Below are positions 61,746 through 64,000 of a stretch of 64,000 bases of DNA, piece after piece. The position numbers and the translations under genes are program-made. The stretch comes from Eledone cirrhosa (Eukaryota). Under the pieces are notes generated by a model, which was given only the letters and a program-made list of their open reading frames with translations, was not told the DNA's origin and ran no database searches. The stretch is taken from the NCBI GenBank assembly GCA_964016885.1, contig OZ024751.1:7564001-7628000 (forward strand). The letters are read 5' to 3'. Each line of letters starts with the position of its first letter. The stretch's first letter is position 1.

Positions 61746-62174
61746 CTATGATCGTTTCACTCTATGAACCTTTCGGTCAGCCCTCGTAGCAATGTAATAC
61801 TGAGATGATAGAGCTTCTATATATTTTAGCTGTGGGGCATTTGCAGCTGGTTTTGATTCATAAACTCTCTGTATTAGGTGAAATCTGTATTAATATATCT
61901 TGGTATGTATTCCACATATTTATTTTGGTGTTGAATGCCCATGAGTGTTTGTATAAGATCCAATTGCATAAAATTAAAAGTTTAAAATGTTCATTTCATT
62001 CAGTTGTACATTATTTTATCGTTCTTCAATTTACATTCCTAAATTTTCCATGGATAATTTAAATACATTTGTGAATATTTCAATGTTATTATGCATAAGA
62101 AAGATCTAGAAATCAGCACTCACATCTTGTTCGTAAAAAATACTAGTCTTAATATCTGTTTTCCACGCATTATT

Positions 62175-62364
62175 GTGGATTGGCAGTATCGGTAGAGGGT
62201 CGGACGCCATGCTTTGCAGCAAAGAGTTACGGCCCTTTATGGTCTGATTTCAAATCCTTCCGAGGTTAACTTTGCCTTTGATCCTTACGGGGTCGATAAA
62301 ATAAAGTACCAGTAATACACTGAGATAAATGCTTACTTGGTCCCAAAAAGTAGAAACAATTATT
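62175..62364 (+). mobile_element. MetaSINE-type SINE
   Basis: Full consensus match. Confidence 0.87.
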
Positions 62365-62415
62365 CTTACACCTATTTACCTCAAACTATTGCGTATGTTA
62401 TAATAGAAAAGGCAC

Positions 62416-62466
<51 letters not shown>

Positions 62467-63610
62467 AGTTTGTGTGTGTGTATAATATTGATAAGAAACT
62501 CTTCAATTATAAACGTACAGCCAATAAAACTAAACAAACGAAAATACTGATTATGTCTCATATCTCATTCCTAATTCATATACATACCACGTATCCCTCT
62601 ACTCAGCTATCCCTCATTCATAGTATTCTGAATATTGGACTACAGATCCCCCCACTAAAAGCTTGAATGATTTCAGAAGAGGGGAAACAAAATAGAACAA
62701 ATATCGAACAAATGTACTTTCAATTCATTTAATATACTACTTTTCATGTATATCAACTTCGATTTTCTACTGAACGTTCCGCTGCAGATCACAGGATTTG
62801 ATATTTGGATTTTCTGTGTTATATTTCAACATTCACTCTAATATTCCCTATAACATACATTTAATATTGTTTATTCTGTAAATGTTTTAGTTATATACTT
62901 CGTAGTGGAAAAAACAGCAGGTTTTTCTCACTTTACTATACACGTTCCAAACTATTCACAATAGATTTTCAAAATACTCTTTCGCAAGAAAAAATATTTT
63001 CATTTCCTTTTTTGGGCTTTAATTTTATCCGTTGTTTTGAGCTAATTATCTGATATTTTTCGCACTCTTGGATGAATATTTTCCTACTATTTTATGCATC
63101 CATTAATGTTTTCATTTTGCCTTCATGATCAATGCACTGATTGAATGATATTGCTATTATAGAGTAATATGTATTGGACTGTGATTGATAGTGAAATGAA
63201 TAAAAAGAATTGTGTTGTGGTAGAGTATTTATTCGATAAACGTGAACTAGTTTACTACAACCTTAGGTTTTTTTAAAATTATTTTTCTAACACAGTTGTC
63301 AGTGAGGTCAAGTATAGTCAGTTCACATCCTGTCAGTGGAGATTCCTTTTTTCATTCTCTCAATAATTCCTCATAATGCCTGAATGAATATGTGAATATT
63401 ATAGTGAACGGATATAAAACAATTTCAAAGATGTCTTCGCTCTGTAATTTACATTAAATGGAGTATGCAGACATGCATGCATACCTAAGATTATATGGTC
63501 ACCTAAAGTATATCATATTCAGATCAATATTCTAACACACAGACCCACACAACACACACGCAGATACATACACACATCTCTCTCTCTCCCTCTCTTTGTT
63601 TCTCTCTCTC

Positions 63611-63659
<49 letters not shown>

Positions 63660-63661
63660 GT

Positions 63662-63920
63662 CATTGTACGTAAAAGGAGCGTAATATTTGCAGGCCACTG
63701 AAATCATGCTACCTATGAGATTGTGTCCTCATTAGTGCTTTGAAAACCACAAGCAGTCACTAATAACAGGGAGCGCAAGCTTTCTTATCCCGATGTCATC
63801 TCCAGAGATTCTGGTATTAAAATCCAGGTCCTCACAACGGCAATGAACGACAGACCCGCGTTAAGATCAATTGTTGAGTTCATTTCGGCTGAGGCCACCG
63901 GATGATGATGATGATGATGA
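63662..63920 (+). mobile_element. RTE-clade LINE 3' fragment with a (GAT)n tail
   Basis: IFAGH*NH..SSLVL*KP..RKLSYPDVISRDSG...MNDR..RSIV, homologous to 18346-18572, followed by (gat)n. Confidence 0.75.
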
Positions 63921-64000
63921 TATATATGTATATATATATGAATGTAGAATTGACGAAATGAGAATGAGTACTCAATACCGAAGTACTGTCTAATGATATT

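Overview
This is eukaryotic, very AT-rich, microsatellite-saturated DNA with (TA)n, (TG)n and (GA)n arrays, and I found no supportable host gene. The SINE content (MetaSINE-type, CORE-type, and an octopus OK-like fragment) suggests a cephalopod, probably Octopus, genome (inference). The window is dominated by Penelope-like elements (PLEs). There are five RT plus C-terminal GIY-YIG copies: one uninterrupted 759-aa ORF at 49663-51942 and four decayed or truncated copies, each with an inverted pseudo-LTR (pLTR) at its 5' end. Many ORF-less fold-back pLTR units are also inserted in (TA)n. By eye I found about 25 type-I hammerhead ribozyme (HHR) motifs from about 11 unrelated pLTR families. They show stem I covariation, non-canonical cores (UUGAUAA with a U3-A8 swap, CCGACGA, CAGAAGA), stems II up to about 115 nt, and a shared YGAGTRCT motif downstream in most families. 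Also present: a decayed Tc1 transposon with IR/DR TIRs, Tx1/L1 and RTE LINE 3' fragments, about 12 SINE copies, an 840-bp direct repeat flanking the youngest PLE, small hairpins and a 140-bp tandem repeat. All folds were made by eye and ribozyme activity is untested.
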